From Candidatus Eiseniibacteriota bacterium (lineage in GTDB: Bacteria; Eisenbacteria; RBG-16-71-46): DNA of 44,053 bases. Under the pieces are notes generated by a model. That model was not told the origin of the DNA. It saw only the letters and a program-made list of their open reading frames with translations, and ran no database searches. The DNA lies in contig JAHFBW010000001.1 of assembly GCA_023249845.1 (NCBI GenBank), positions 11,545 through 55,597 on the forward strand, written 5' to 3'. Every line of letters starts with the position of its first letter. The stretch's first letter is position 1. The position numbers were made by a program, and so were the translations under genes. Shown one piece after another: positions 8,804 through 18,158 of this stretch.

Positions 8804-10227
8804 ACATGGCGTGGCTCACCCCGGTGGCCGTCGCCTGTCTCACCTCGGTGTTCGTCCTGCAGCACGTGCGCCGGCGCTCGGCGGGTCCCTCGGACGTCGG
8901 CCGCTGTCCGCGATGCCGCGCGCTGCTGGCGCCCGAGGCGCTCACGTGCGCGTCTTGTGGAGCGCCGCTCGCCGCGTTCGCCGTTGTCAGCGCGCCACTC
9001 GCCACGGCTTCCGTGGCGGCTCCGGGAGGAGTGCTGCATGCCGTGGTGCGTGCCGACACGTGCGCGGGCTGCGGCACGTGTCTCGACGCCTGCCCGGAGC
9101 CGGGCGCGCTCATGATCGTGAACAAGGTGGCGCGCGTGAACCTGTCGGCCTGCAAAGGGCACGCGGAATGTGTCGCCGCCTGTCCGGTCGGCGCCATCTT
9201 CGTGACCTCGGGAGACGCGGTGCAGACGGTCGAGGTCCCCGATCTCGACGTGAACTTCCAGTCACACCAGGTGCCGGGGCTCTACATCGTCGGCGAGCTC
9301 GGCGGACGCGGGCTCATCAAGAACGCCGTCAACGAGGGCAAGCTGGCGATGGAGCACGTGGCGGCAAGCCTGCGGGGCACTGCGACTGACGCAGGCACGT
9401 TCGACGTCGTGGTGGTGGGTGCCGGTCCCGCCGGGCTCTCGGCCGGTCTGGAGGCGCAGTCGCGAAGGCTTCGCTACGCGCTGCTCGAACAGGGGACGCT
9501 CGCCGACACCATCGCGCGCTATCCGCGGCACAAGGTGCTGTTCGCCGAGCCGGTGCGCGTTCCGCTCTACGGTGACCTGTGGGTGTCGGATGCGTCCAAG
9601 GAGTCGCTCCTCCGCCTCTGGCAGACGGTGATCGAGCGCACTCGACTGCGGGTGCGCGAGGGCGTGCGCGTAGAGGCCGTGCGGCGTGAGGCGGGGGGGT
9701 TCGGTGTGGACGCGGGCGCGCTGCGTTTTCGCGCGCGGCGCGTGGTGCTCGCGACGGGCCGGCGCGGCTCACCTCGCCGGCTCGACGTGCCCGGGGAGGA
9801 TCGCTCTCAGGTGTTCTACGATATCGTCGAGATGGAGGCGTTCGCCGGGCGCAACGTGCTGGTCGTGGGTGGTGGCGACAGCGCGGTGGAATCGGCGGTC
9901 GGGCTCTCGCACCAGCCGGGCACACGCGTGACGCTCTCCTACCGTGGCAAGGAGTTCGGCCGCGTGAAGGAACGCAATCGCGCGAAGCTCGCGGAAGCCG
10001 CGGGCTCGGCCGAGCTGCGCGTGCTGCTCGGAAGCGAGGTGCGCGAGATCCGCCCGGGCGCCGTGGACCTGGACATCGACGGCCGTCTTGAGACGCTTGC
10101 GAACGATGACGTGGTCGTGCGCGTCGGTGGCGAGGCGCCCACCCCGTTCCTCGAGCGCTGCGGCGTGCGCATGGTGCGCAAGTCGCTCACTGCCGGACCG
10201 GACCCGGCCGAGCGATTGGCGGGCTGA
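8800..10227 (+). CDS. Membrane-anchored 2x[4Fe-4S] ferredoxin-domain FAD/NAD(P)H oxidoreductase (TrxR/YpdA-like fold)
   Basis: ATGA overlap with the upstream gene. N-terminal TM followed by RRR. CPRC..CASC ribbon. CAGCGTCLDACP and CKGHAECVAACP. VVVGAGPAG, LATG, VVGGGDSAVE, SYRG. Confidence 0.88.
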   Translation: MNMAWLTPVAVACLTSVFVLQHVRRRSAGPSDVGRCPRCRALLAPEALTCASCGAPLAAFAVVSAPLATASVAAPGGVLHAVVRADTCAGCGTCLDACPEPGALMIVNKVARVNLSACKGHAECVAACPVGAIFVTSGDAVQTVEVPDLDVNFQSHQVPGLYIVGELGGRGLIKNAVNEGKLAMEHVAASLRGTATDAGTFDVVVVGAGPAGLSAGLEAQSRRLRYALLEQGTLADTIARYPRHKVLFAEPVRVPLYGDLWVSDASKESLLRLWQTVIERTRLRVREGVRVEAVRREAGGFGVDAGALRFRARRVVLATGRRGSPRRLDVPGEDRSQVFYDIVEMEAFAGRNVLVVGGGDSAVESAVGLSHQPGTRVTLSYRGKEFGRVKERNRAKLAEAAGSAELRVLLGSEVREIRPGAVDLDIDGRLETLANDDVVVRVGGEAPTPFLERCGVRMVRKSLTAGPDPAERLAG

Positions 10228-10231
10228 GCGT

Positions 10232-12049
10232 GTGCGCCACTTCCTCCCGCCGCTGTTCCTCGCCGGCGCGGTGCTCGCCGCCGCACCCGTCCGCGCCCAG
10301 GTCTCACCTGGCCCGCTCGCCCAAGCGCACGCGGCCCTGGACGGAGCCACGGACTGCTTCCGCTGCCACGCGCGCGGCCAGGCCAAAGCGCAGATGGACA
10401 TGCGCTGCCTCGCCTGCCACACCGAGGTGGACTGGATGAGGACGCAGCAACGCGGGTTCCACGCGCGCGTCGCGACGCAGGCGTGTGCCACCTGTCATCC
10501 CGACCACGGCGGACGCGGTTTCACGCTGATCGCGTGGGAGGGCGGCCGCCCGGAACGATTCCCGCACGCGAAGGCCGGATGGGTGCTCGAGGGCAAGCAC
10601 GCGTCGCTCGCTTGTCGCGACTGCCACAAACCAGGGTTCCAGCGCTCGGAGGCGGTGGAGCTCCTTCAAGTGAAGGACCCCGCGAAGAGCTGGCTCGGCC
10701 TCGAGACGTCCTGCGTGAACTGTCACACGGATCCGCATCGCGGTTCGCTCGGGCGCCACTGCCTCTCCTGCCACGACCAGGCCCGGTGGAGTCCGGCGCA
10801 ACGATTCGACCACGCGCGCACGGGGTATGCGCTCACCGGCGCGCACACGAAGCGCGCTTGCGCCGACTGTCACGCGACGCTCGCCGTGAACGAGGGACCG
10901 GACGCGCGCGGCGCGCTCCGCCCCCGCTGGCGCCCGGTACCGCATGCCCACTGCGTCGCGTGTCACCGCGATCCCCATGCCGGACGCTTCAGCGGGGAAT
11001 GTTCGCGCTGCCACACCACGGCCGGCTGGCGCGCGGTGAACGAACGGCGTTTCGACCACGACCAGACGCGCTATCCGCTTCGCGGCGCGCACGCGGGCGT
11101 GCGCTGTGATGGCTGCCACGCCCCGGCGCACGGCGGTGCCAAGCCTCGGTTCGCGCGCTGCATGGACTGCCACTCCGACGCGCATCGCGGCACCGCCACC
11201 GTGCAGGGCGCCGCGGTGGACTGCGCTTCCTGCCACACGGTGCAGGCGTTCCGTCCCTCGACGTGGCCGCGAACCGAGCACGCGCGCACGCGCTACCCGC
11301 TGCTCGGCGCGCATGCCACCGTCGCGTGCGAGGGCTGCCACACGCGCGCCGACACCGCCAGCGCCAAGGCGGCGACTCTCGGCAGCGCGCGTGTGCGCAT
11401 TCGGCCCGACGCGGCCACGTGCGTAGCCTGCCATCACGACCCCCATGTGGGCCGCTTCGCTCCCGGGGGTACGCGGGCACGAAGCGAGGGCTGCCCGGCG
11501 TGTCATTCCCCAGTCGCGTTCCGGCCCTCGAACTTCGATGGCCGCGCACACGCCCAGAGCGTGTTCCCGCTCGAGGGCGCGCATCGAGCGGTGCCGTGCC
11601 AGCGCTGCCACGAGGAGCTTCGCGAGACGGCCACCGCTTCGACGCTGCGCGGCGGGACGCACCGCACGCTTCGCTTCGAATCGAAGGCCCGCGCCTGCGC
11701 CGACTGTCACCAGGATGCGCATGCCGGCCAGTTCCGCGCGCGCGCCGATCGCGGTGTGTGCGAGTCCTGCCACGACGCGATGGCATTCGTTCCCGCGGCG
11801 CGGTTCGACCACGACCGCGACACGGCGTTCCGCCTCCAGGGCGCGCACGCGCGCACCGCCTGTGCCGCCTGCCATCGCCGCACGACAAGCGCGGACGGCG
11901 TGCGAATCGTGCTCTATAAGCCCACACCGATGCGCTGCGAGAGCTGTCATGCCCCCGGAGGAGCGCCGTCGCCATCGCTCCGTCCGGGTGTGCCGTGGTT
12001 CTCCCCGCGTCGCGCGTCGATCCTGTTCACCACCCGAAGCGGGAGCTAG
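10232..12049 (+). CDS. Multiheme cytochrome c, 20 CxxCH motifs, Sec signal
   Basis: GTG at 10232, signal MRHFLPPLFLAGAVLAAAPVRA. 20 CxxCH counted by hand. Repeating FxH...L-x-G-x-H modules. Confidence 0.93.
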   Translation: MRHFLPPLFLAGAVLAAAPVRAQVSPGPLAQAHAALDGATDCFRCHARGQAKAQMDMRCLACHTEVDWMRTQQRGFHARVATQACATCHPDHGGRGFTLIAWEGGRPERFPHAKAGWVLEGKHASLACRDCHKPGFQRSEAVELLQVKDPAKSWLGLETSCVNCHTDPHRGSLGRHCLSCHDQARWSPAQRFDHARTGYALTGAHTKRACADCHATLAVNEGPDARGALRPRWRPVPHAHCVACHRDPHAGRFSGECSRCHTTAGWRAVNERRFDHDQTRYPLRGAHAGVRCDGCHAPAHGGAKPRFARCMDCHSDAHRGTATVQGAAVDCASCHTVQAFRPSTWPRTEHARTRYPLLGAHATVACEGCHTRADTASAKAATLGSARVRIRPDAATCVACHHDPHVGRFAPGGTRARSEGCPACHSPVAFRPSNFDGRAHAQSVFPLEGAHRAVPCQRCHEELRETATASTLRGGTHRTLRFESKARACADCHQDAHAGQFRARADRGVCESCHDAMAFVPAARFDHDRDTAFRLQGAHARTACAACHRRTTSADGVRIVLYKPTPMRCESCHAPGGAPSPSLRPGVPWFSPRRASILFTTRSGS

Positions 12050-12052
12050 CCA

Positions 12053-13141
12053 ATGAACCCGAGCCCGCGGTTCGAGCCGGTCCACAAGGTCTTCGCTCTC
12101 CTGCTCGTCATGCTGCCGCTGGTCGCAATCGTCGCCGCGGGGGCTGCCACGCGCCGCGAATCACCCGCCCATCGGTCACGGCCCGAGAGTCCGCACGGCA
12201 AATTCCGTGGCGAATGCGACCAGTGCCACGGCGCGGGCGCCTGGAAGCCCGCGCACATCAGCAAGAGGTTCGATCACGCGAAGTTCGGATTCCGCCTCGA
12301 GGGCGCGCACGCCGCCGCGTCGTGCCTCGGCTGCCATCGGAGCCTCGACTTCGCGTCGGTTTCCATGCAGTGTGCGTCGTGCCACCAGGATCCGCACCGT
12401 GGCGAGATGGGGCCTGATTGCGCGCGCTGCCATTCCGCGCGCAGCTTCGTGGATCGCGGACCGATGGTGCGAGCGCACCAGCTCACGCGCTTCCCGCTCT
12501 CGGGCGGACACGCCACGCTCGATTGCGAGAGTTGTCATCGGCCAGTGGCCCAGGGCCGGTTGCAGTTCGTGAACACGCAGGCCGAGTGCCGTGCCTGCCA
12601 CCTCGGACTGTTTCAATCCGCGAAGGATCCGGACCACGTCAGAGGCGGATTCTCGACCGACTGCCAGACCTGCCACACGGCGATCACCTGGTCACCGGCC
12701 CGATTCGATCACCAGCGCTCGGGTTTCCCATTGACCGGCGCGCACCGCTCGACGCCATGCGCGTCGTGTCACGCGGGCGGGCGTTACGCGGGCACGCCCA
12801 AGGACTGCGTCTCCTGCCACCAGCAGCAGTATGACACCGCGCAGCCCGCCCACGCGGCCGCGGGCTTCGCGGCGAGCGCCTGTGCCGGCTGCCACAACAC
12901 GACGTCCTGGGCAGGCGCCACGTTCGATCACGACACGCGCTACTTCCGCATCTATCAAGGCGGTCACGCCGGTCGGTGGTCGTCGTGCGGCGATTGTCAC
13001 ACGGTGCCGACCAACTTCGCCTCGTTCAACTGCCTCGGCTGTCACCCGCATTCGGATCAGGCCCAGACCGACAGCCGCCACGTTGGGCGCAGCGGTTATC
13101 GCTACGAGAGCTCGGCCTGTTACTCGTGCCACACGCGATGA
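12053..13141 (+). CDS. Multiheme cytochrome c, 13 CxxCH motifs
   Basis: N-terminal hydrophobic signal or anchor. 13 CxxCH counted by hand. Same FPLxGxH repeat type as the upstream cytochrome. Confidence 0.93.
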   Translation: MNPSPRFEPVHKVFALLLVMLPLVAIVAAGAATRRESPAHRSRPESPHGKFRGECDQCHGAGAWKPAHISKRFDHAKFGFRLEGAHAAASCLGCHRSLDFASVSMQCASCHQDPHRGEMGPDCARCHSARSFVDRGPMVRAHQLTRFPLSGGHATLDCESCHRPVAQGRLQFVNTQAECRACHLGLFQSAKDPDHVRGGFSTDCQTCHTAITWSPARFDHQRSGFPLTGAHRSTPCASCHAGGRYAGTPKDCVSCHQQQYDTAQPAHAAAGFAASACAGCHNTTSWAGATFDHDTRYFRIYQGGHAGRWSSCGDCHTVPTNFASFNCLGCHPHSDQAQTDSRHVGRSGYRYESSACYSCHTR

Positions 13142-14865
13142 TCACCTCCCGGCCCGCCACCGCCTCCGCTCGCGAACCGTTCGTCTGGCCGGGATCCTGG
13201 TCCACGCGTGAGCGACGCGCGCGTCCCGGTTGGGCTCGCCGGGCGCTCGCGTGCTCACTGCTGTTCACGCTGACGTCCGTGGCTGCCGCGCACGCTGCCG
13301 TCTCACCGGACTCGACGAGTGCGCATGAGCCCGAGAGCGTCGTCCGCGAGGGCTGGCGAACGGCACGCATCAGTTACTTGACCGGTGGCAGCGTCTATCT
13401 CGAGGCGGGGTCCGCCGAGGGGCTCGCGACCGGGGACACCGCGTGGATCATGCGCGGCGGATTGCGCGCGGCCGCGCTTCGCGTCGTCTACCTCTCGACG
13501 CATCGTGCCTCGTGCGACACGCTGTGGACCAAGGCGCGCCTCGCGGTCGGCGACGCGGTGGCGTATCGCCCCGGAGCGGCGCAACAGACGACGCAGGGCG
13601 CGATCGATGCACGCGCGGATTCCCTGCGCGCCGCCGCGGTGGTCTCGCCGTCGAGTTCGCGCGCGGCAAGCCGGGACGCGAGTCTGCGCGGCCGGATCGG
13701 CGCGCGTTGGCTCAGTATCGACGCTCCGGGCTCGAGCCGCCTCTCACAGCCTGCGTTCGAGGCGCGCTTCGACGGCCGCGAGGGACTCGGCGGCCACCTG
13801 GACGCCTCGCTCGACGTTCGCGGGCGTCGGACGCTCCGCACGAGCGAGTCCGGGCGCTGGGTCGAGCAGTACTCGCGCGTCTACCGCGCGTCGGCGACGT
13901 TTCGCGACGTCGCGGGTGGCCGGCGGCTCACGCTCGGCCGGCAGTCCTCGCCGACGCTCGCGTCCGTTAGCCTGTTCGACGGCGCACTCGTCGAATGGAA
14001 CGGCTCGCGCGCCGGGGTCGGAACGTTCGCCGGCACGCAGCCCGACCCGTTGCGTTCGCGCTGGTCATCAGATCTGCTCGAGGCTGGTGCGTACGCCGAG
14101 ATCCACCAGGCGCCGCTCGCGAAGGAGCGCTGGTCTCTCGCGGCGGGTGCGGTGGGTTCGCGGCATCGGAACGAGGTGGACCGCGAGTTCGTGTTCGCGC
14201 AGGGCTGGTGGTTCTCGCGTGCCGCCACGGCGTCACTCGCCCAGGAGGTGGACGTGAACCGCGGCTGGAAGCGAGCCGCGGGCGAGCCCCCGCTCGCCTG
14301 GACGAGCACGTTCGCCTCGTTACGAGTGCCGGTCGGCGCCCGGGTCGCGCTGCATTCGGGCTACGACAACCGTCGCAACGTTCGACTCTGGCGCGACCGC
14401 GAGACGCTCGAGACCCAGTTCGACGACCGCTACCGGCAGGGCGCGTGGGCGGGCGTCTCGGTCAACGGGAATGAATACACATCCGTCGGAGGCGAGTATC
14501 GCGTCGGGTCGGGTGGCGAACGCTCCGAGGCGTGGTCCGTGACCGGAGAGCTTCATCGGCTCACCGCATGGCACGCGGTATTGCGCGGCCGGTGGGCATC
14601 GTTCACGAGTGATGCCGCGATGAGTTCGCTCGTCTCGCTCGCGGCCGGCTTTGACCCGTGGGCGCGCTCGCACGTGGAGATCTCCTCGGGTGTGCGCAGG
14701 ACGCGCGATCGGTTGCTGGAGTTCGACGACCACGAGAACTGGCTCGGGGCAGACGCGGACCTGGCGCTCGGCGCACGCTGGTATGTGAACGCCGGCTGCG
14801 AACGGTTGACCGGTCCCACCGGCAACGCGTTGCAGGTGCAGGCGGGCGTGAGCGTACGGCTCTAG
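13138..14865 (+). CDS. Putative outer-membrane beta-barrel (porin-like) protein with an N-terminal soluble beta domain
   Basis: ATGA overlap with the 13-heme gene. Signal ending AAAHA|A. Long run of amphipathic, aromatic-rich beta strands. C-terminal strand LQVQAGVSVRL. Confidence 0.7.
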   Translation: MITSRPATASAREPFVWPGSWSTRERRARPGWARRALACSLLFTLTSVAAAHAAVSPDSTSAHEPESVVREGWRTARISYLTGGSVYLEAGSAEGLATGDTAWIMRGGLRAAALRVVYLSTHRASCDTLWTKARLAVGDAVAYRPGAAQQTTQGAIDARADSLRAAAVVSPSSSRAASRDASLRGRIGARWLSIDAPGSSRLSQPAFEARFDGREGLGGHLDASLDVRGRRTLRTSESGRWVEQYSRVYRASATFRDVAGGRRLTLGRQSSPTLASVSLFDGALVEWNGSRAGVGTFAGTQPDPLRSRWSSDLLEAGAYAEIHQAPLAKERWSLAAGAVGSRHRNEVDREFVFAQGWWFSRAATASLAQEVDVNRGWKRAAGEPPLAWTSTFASLRVPVGARVALHSGYDNRRNVRLWRDRETLETQFDDRYRQGAWAGVSVNGNEYTSVGGEYRVGSGGERSEAWSVTGELHRLTAWHAVLRGRWASFTSDAAMSSLVSLAAGFDPWARSHVEISSGVRRTRDRLLEFDDHENWLGADADLALGARWYVNAGCERLTGPTGNALQVQAGVSVRL

Positions 14866-14986
14866 CCTTGGGCGAGCCCCGGTTCGCGGTCCCCACTCAA
14901 GCCCAGGCGGTTGACACGCCGATATCCCTTCGAGCCGGCGTTCGAGTGGACGTGACCGGTTCCAAAGTGCCATGTTCGTGAGTGCG

Positions 14987-15640
14987 ATGCGGACGAACCA
15001 GCCTCGGATGGCGTTTCTCGCCGTAGTAGCGCTGCTCTCGCTCGGTGCGAGCATCGACGAGACCCGCTACGCGATGCCCTCGTCCCCTCCCCGCCTGCAA
15101 CGGCCGGCCGAGGGGGTGCTGTTCGCCGACGATTTCTCGAGCGGCTTGCTCAAGCGCTGGGATCCCGACAAGGAAAGCGTGTGGACGGCGTGGCGCGGCA
15201 TGCTGCGCGCGGACCTGCCCGACCAGAAGCAGGTGCGCTCGTTGATCCACACGGGCGACACGTCGTGGACCGATATCGCGGTGGATCTCGACGTGTGCAT
15301 GATGCGTGGAGTGGACAAGGGCGTCGTCGTGCGCGTGCGCGGCGAAGCCGGGATGGGTGTGGACCTGCGCGGCGGCAGCTACCAGGACGTCGTGATGTAC
15401 CAGCGGGAATGGCCCATGGGCCGCGCCGCCGCCACGAACGCCAATGGCACGTGGAACCACCTGCGCGTGGAGGCCCGCGGTCACCGCTACAAGGTGTTCG
15501 TGAACGGCGACTTGCGACTCGACCGCGTGGATGGCCGGAGCGCGCGCCCCTCCGGCAGCATTGCGCTGCCCGCGTACACGGGCGGCGTCGGCAAGTGCAC
15601 GGTCTACTACGACAACGTGGTGGTGACGAAGCTCGACTAG
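14987..15640 (+). CDS. Secreted DUF1080 / 3-keto-disaccharide hydrolase-like (ConA beta-sandwich) protein
   Basis: Signal peptide, LFADDFS, WNHLRVEARG...KVFVNG, SGSIAL, VYYDNVVV. Start uncertain (14972, 14987 or 15008). Confidence 0.75.
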   Translation: MRTNQPRMAFLAVVALLSLGASIDETRYAMPSSPPRLQRPAEGVLFADDFSSGLLKRWDPDKESVWTAWRGMLRADLPDQKQVRSLIHTGDTSWTDIAVDLDVCMMRGVDKGVVVRVRGEAGMGVDLRGGSYQDVVMYQREWPMGRAAATNANGTWNHLRVEARGHRYKVFVNGDLRLDRVDGRSARPSGSIALPAYTGGVGKCTVYYDNVVVTKLD

Positions 15641-15662
15641 CCGCCGCGGTGCCCGACTCGTG

Positions 15663-18053
15663 CTAGCGCGTGCGCCGGCCGCGCAACAGGCGCAGGCCAT
15701 TCAGGATGACCACCACCGTGCTGCCCTCGTGTCCGGACACGGCCACCGGCAACTTCAGTGCGCCGAGCGGCGTCAACGGGCCCACGAACACCCACGTCAC
15801 GAGCGCCGCCATGACGCCCGTGGCGATGACGAGATTCTGGATCACGACGCGCCGGGCGCGTTGCGCGAGCATCACCGCGTAAGGCAGCGCTGCCAGGTCG
15901 TCGCCCATCAGCACCACGTCGGCGCTCTCCATCGCGGCGTCGCTGCCGATGCCGCCCATCGCGATTCCCACGCTCGCGCGCGCCAGCGCGGGCGCGTCGT
16001 TGACGCCGTCGCCGATCATCGCGACTGCTCCGTGCCGCGATTCCAGCTCGCCGATGACGCGCACCTTGTCCTCGGGAAGCAGCTGCCCGTGCAGCTCGTC
16101 CATGTCCGTCTGCTCACCGATCGCACGCACCGTGGACTCGCTGTCCCCGGAGAGCAGCGCGGTGCGGCTGATGCCCGAGGCGCGCAAGGCGCGCACCGAG
16201 GCGAGCGCCGTGGGTCGCACGTCGTCCCGTGCGGCCAGCACACCCCACGCCACGCCACGCCGCACGATCATCGGAGTCTTGGCCTGTGCCGCGAGCCGGC
16301 GCACGTGCTCCACGGCGGCCGTCGGCGGCTTCACACCGAGCGAGTCGAACAGCTCGGGTGTGCCCACCTCGATGGTGCTGCCTTCGGCCACGGCGACCAG
16401 GCCTTTTCCCAAATGGTTCGTGAGCGTCTCCGCGGCTCTCACTTCGATACCGCGCGCCTCGGCCGCGCGCACGACCGCCTGGGCGAGCGGATGTGGCGAT
16501 CGCTTCTCGGCGCTGGCGGCCCAGGTCAGAAGATCGCGCTCACCGGCGCCGTCCAGCGTGACCACGTCGGTGACGTCGAAGCGCCCGTGCGTGAGCGTGC
16601 CTGTCTTGTCGAATGCGATGATGCGTACTCGGCCGAGCCTTTCCAGGTACGCGCCGCCCTTGAACAGGATGCCGTTCCTCGCGGCGTTCGCGATGGCCGA
16701 GAGCACGGTGGCTGGCGTGGCGAGCACGAGCGCGCACGGCGAGGCGACGACGAGCAGCGTCATCGCCCGGTAGAGCGATGCGCGCCACTCCGCGCCGAGC
16801 AACAGGGGCGGGACGAGCAGCATGAGCAGCGCGCCGAAGATCACCACCACGGTGTAGTACCGGCCCGTCACTTCGGCCAGCTCCTCGGCGCGCGACTTCT
16901 TCTCCTGCGCCTCGCGAACGAGCGCGACGATGCGCGCGAGCGCGCTGTTCGCGGCCACGCGCGTCGCGATCATCTCGAGTGCGCCCTGCTGGTTGAGCGT
17001 GCCGGCGAACAGCTTGTCGCCGGTCGACTTGGTCACGGGTACGGACTCGCCGGTCAGGTTCGCTTGATCCACGAGTGACTCGCCGCGAGTCACGGTGCCA
17101 TCCACGGGGATGGCCTCGCCGGGCTTCACGATCACGGTCTCGCCGACGCGCACGGCGTCGGCCTCGACCTCGACCTCGCGTCCATCGCGTCGCACGAGCG
17201 CGCGCGGCGGCCGCAGGTCGAGCAGCGCGTGCAGGGCGCGGCGCGTGCGGCCCATCGTATAGACCTCGAGCGTGTTGCTGAGCGAGAACAGGAACATGAG
17301 CACCGCGGCCTCGGCGGTGTAGCCGATCGCCGCGGCCCCGGCGGCCGCGAGCAGCATGAGCAGGTTGACGTCGAACTCGAACCGCCGGAGCGACGCCCAC
17401 GTGCTGCGTGCGGTGTACCAGCCGCCGCTCGCCGCCGAGGCCAGGTAGATCGCCTCGGCCAGCGCGGATGTGCCGCCGATTCGCTCCGTCACCGCGCCGG
17501 CGACAAGCAGCACCAGGCAGGTGCCGGTGAGCACCGCCATCGAGCGGCCCTCGGAGCGCTCCTCCTGCTCCGCGTGGGTGAGGCGGGCACCCCAGGGCTT
17601 CGAGGTGAGCGGGCGCACGACCTCGACACTGTCCTCGGGCTGGAGGTGGCGCTTGATGGAGACACGGCCCCGCGAGGCGCTGGCGTGGAACTCGGTCGCG
17701 GCCGTGGCATCGAGCTGGCCCAGCCGTAGAGCGCAGGCCTCGCACGCACCGAGTGTCTCGCGCCGTTCACACGTGGTGACGCGCTGCGCGAACATGGCGC
17801 CAACGTCATCCGCGAGCGCGTTCAACTCGTCCGGTGTGACCTGGGCGGGCTGATAACGAACGGTGAGCGTGCTGTCCTTGAAGTCGGCCTCGATCGCGAC
17901 GACGCCGGGCATCTCGCGCAGGCGGTCGGCGATGATCTCGAGGCAGCCCTCCCCGTCGGGGAGGAGCGGAAGATGCTCTGCGGGCGCCGGCACTTCGCGC
18001 GTGGAGGCGCCTCCGCAGGAATCGTGGTGCAGGCGATAGTGGTCACGGGACAC
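15663..18053 (-). CDS. Heavy-metal P-type ATPase, P1B-4 signature (Co/Zn/Fe-type)
   Basis: LTGES, TM SPC motif, FDKTGTLT, HP, GDGVNDAP and TM HEGST. His/Cys-rich N-terminal extension. Confidence 0.93.
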   Translation of the reverse strand: MSRDHYRLHHDSCGGASTREVPAPAEHLPLLPDGEGCLEIIADRLREMPGVVAIEADFKDSTLTVRYQPAQVTPDELNALADDVGAMFAQRVTTCERRETLGACEACALRLGQLDATAATEFHASASRGRVSIKRHLQPEDSVEVVRPLTSKPWGARLTHAEQEERSEGRSMAVLTGTCLVLLVAGAVTERIGGTSALAEAIYLASAASGGWYTARSTWASLRRFEFDVNLLMLLAAAGAAAIGYTAEAAVLMFLFSLSNTLEVYTMGRTRRALHALLDLRPPRALVRRDGREVEVEADAVRVGETVIVKPGEAIPVDGTVTRGESLVDQANLTGESVPVTKSTGDKLFAGTLNQQGALEMIATRVAANSALARIVALVREAQEKKSRAEELAEVTGRYYTVVVIFGALLMLLVPPLLLGAEWRASLYRAMTLLVVASPCALVLATPATVLSAIANAARNGILFKGGAYLERLGRVRIIAFDKTGTLTHGRFDVTDVVTLDGAGERDLLTWAASAEKRSPHPLAQAVVRAAEARGIEVRAAETLTNHLGKGLVAVAEGSTIEVGTPELFDSLGVKPPTAAVEHVRRLAAQAKTPMIVRRGVAWGVLAARDDVRPTALASVRALRASGISRTALLSGDSESTVRAIGEQTDMDELHGQLLPEDKVRVIGELESRHGAVAMIGDGVNDAPALARASVGIAMGGIGSDAAMESADVVLMGDDLAALPYAVMLAQRARRVVIQNLVIATGVMAALVTWVFVGPLTPLGALKLPVAVSGHEGSTVVVILNGLRLLRGRRTR

Positions 18054-18158
18054 GGCACGCTCCGGCGGCTAGGGGCAGACGGGAATGGTAGCGCCGTGTG
18101 TTCCAGCGGCCAACCGGGCGCGCCTCACGTCCGACAGGTCGCCGTCTCGGGATGTTGG

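Noticed and set aside
14911-14940. Sigma70 promoter from TTGACA upstream of the DUF1080 gene
   Set aside because: No acceptable -10 hexamer at 16-18 bp spacing.
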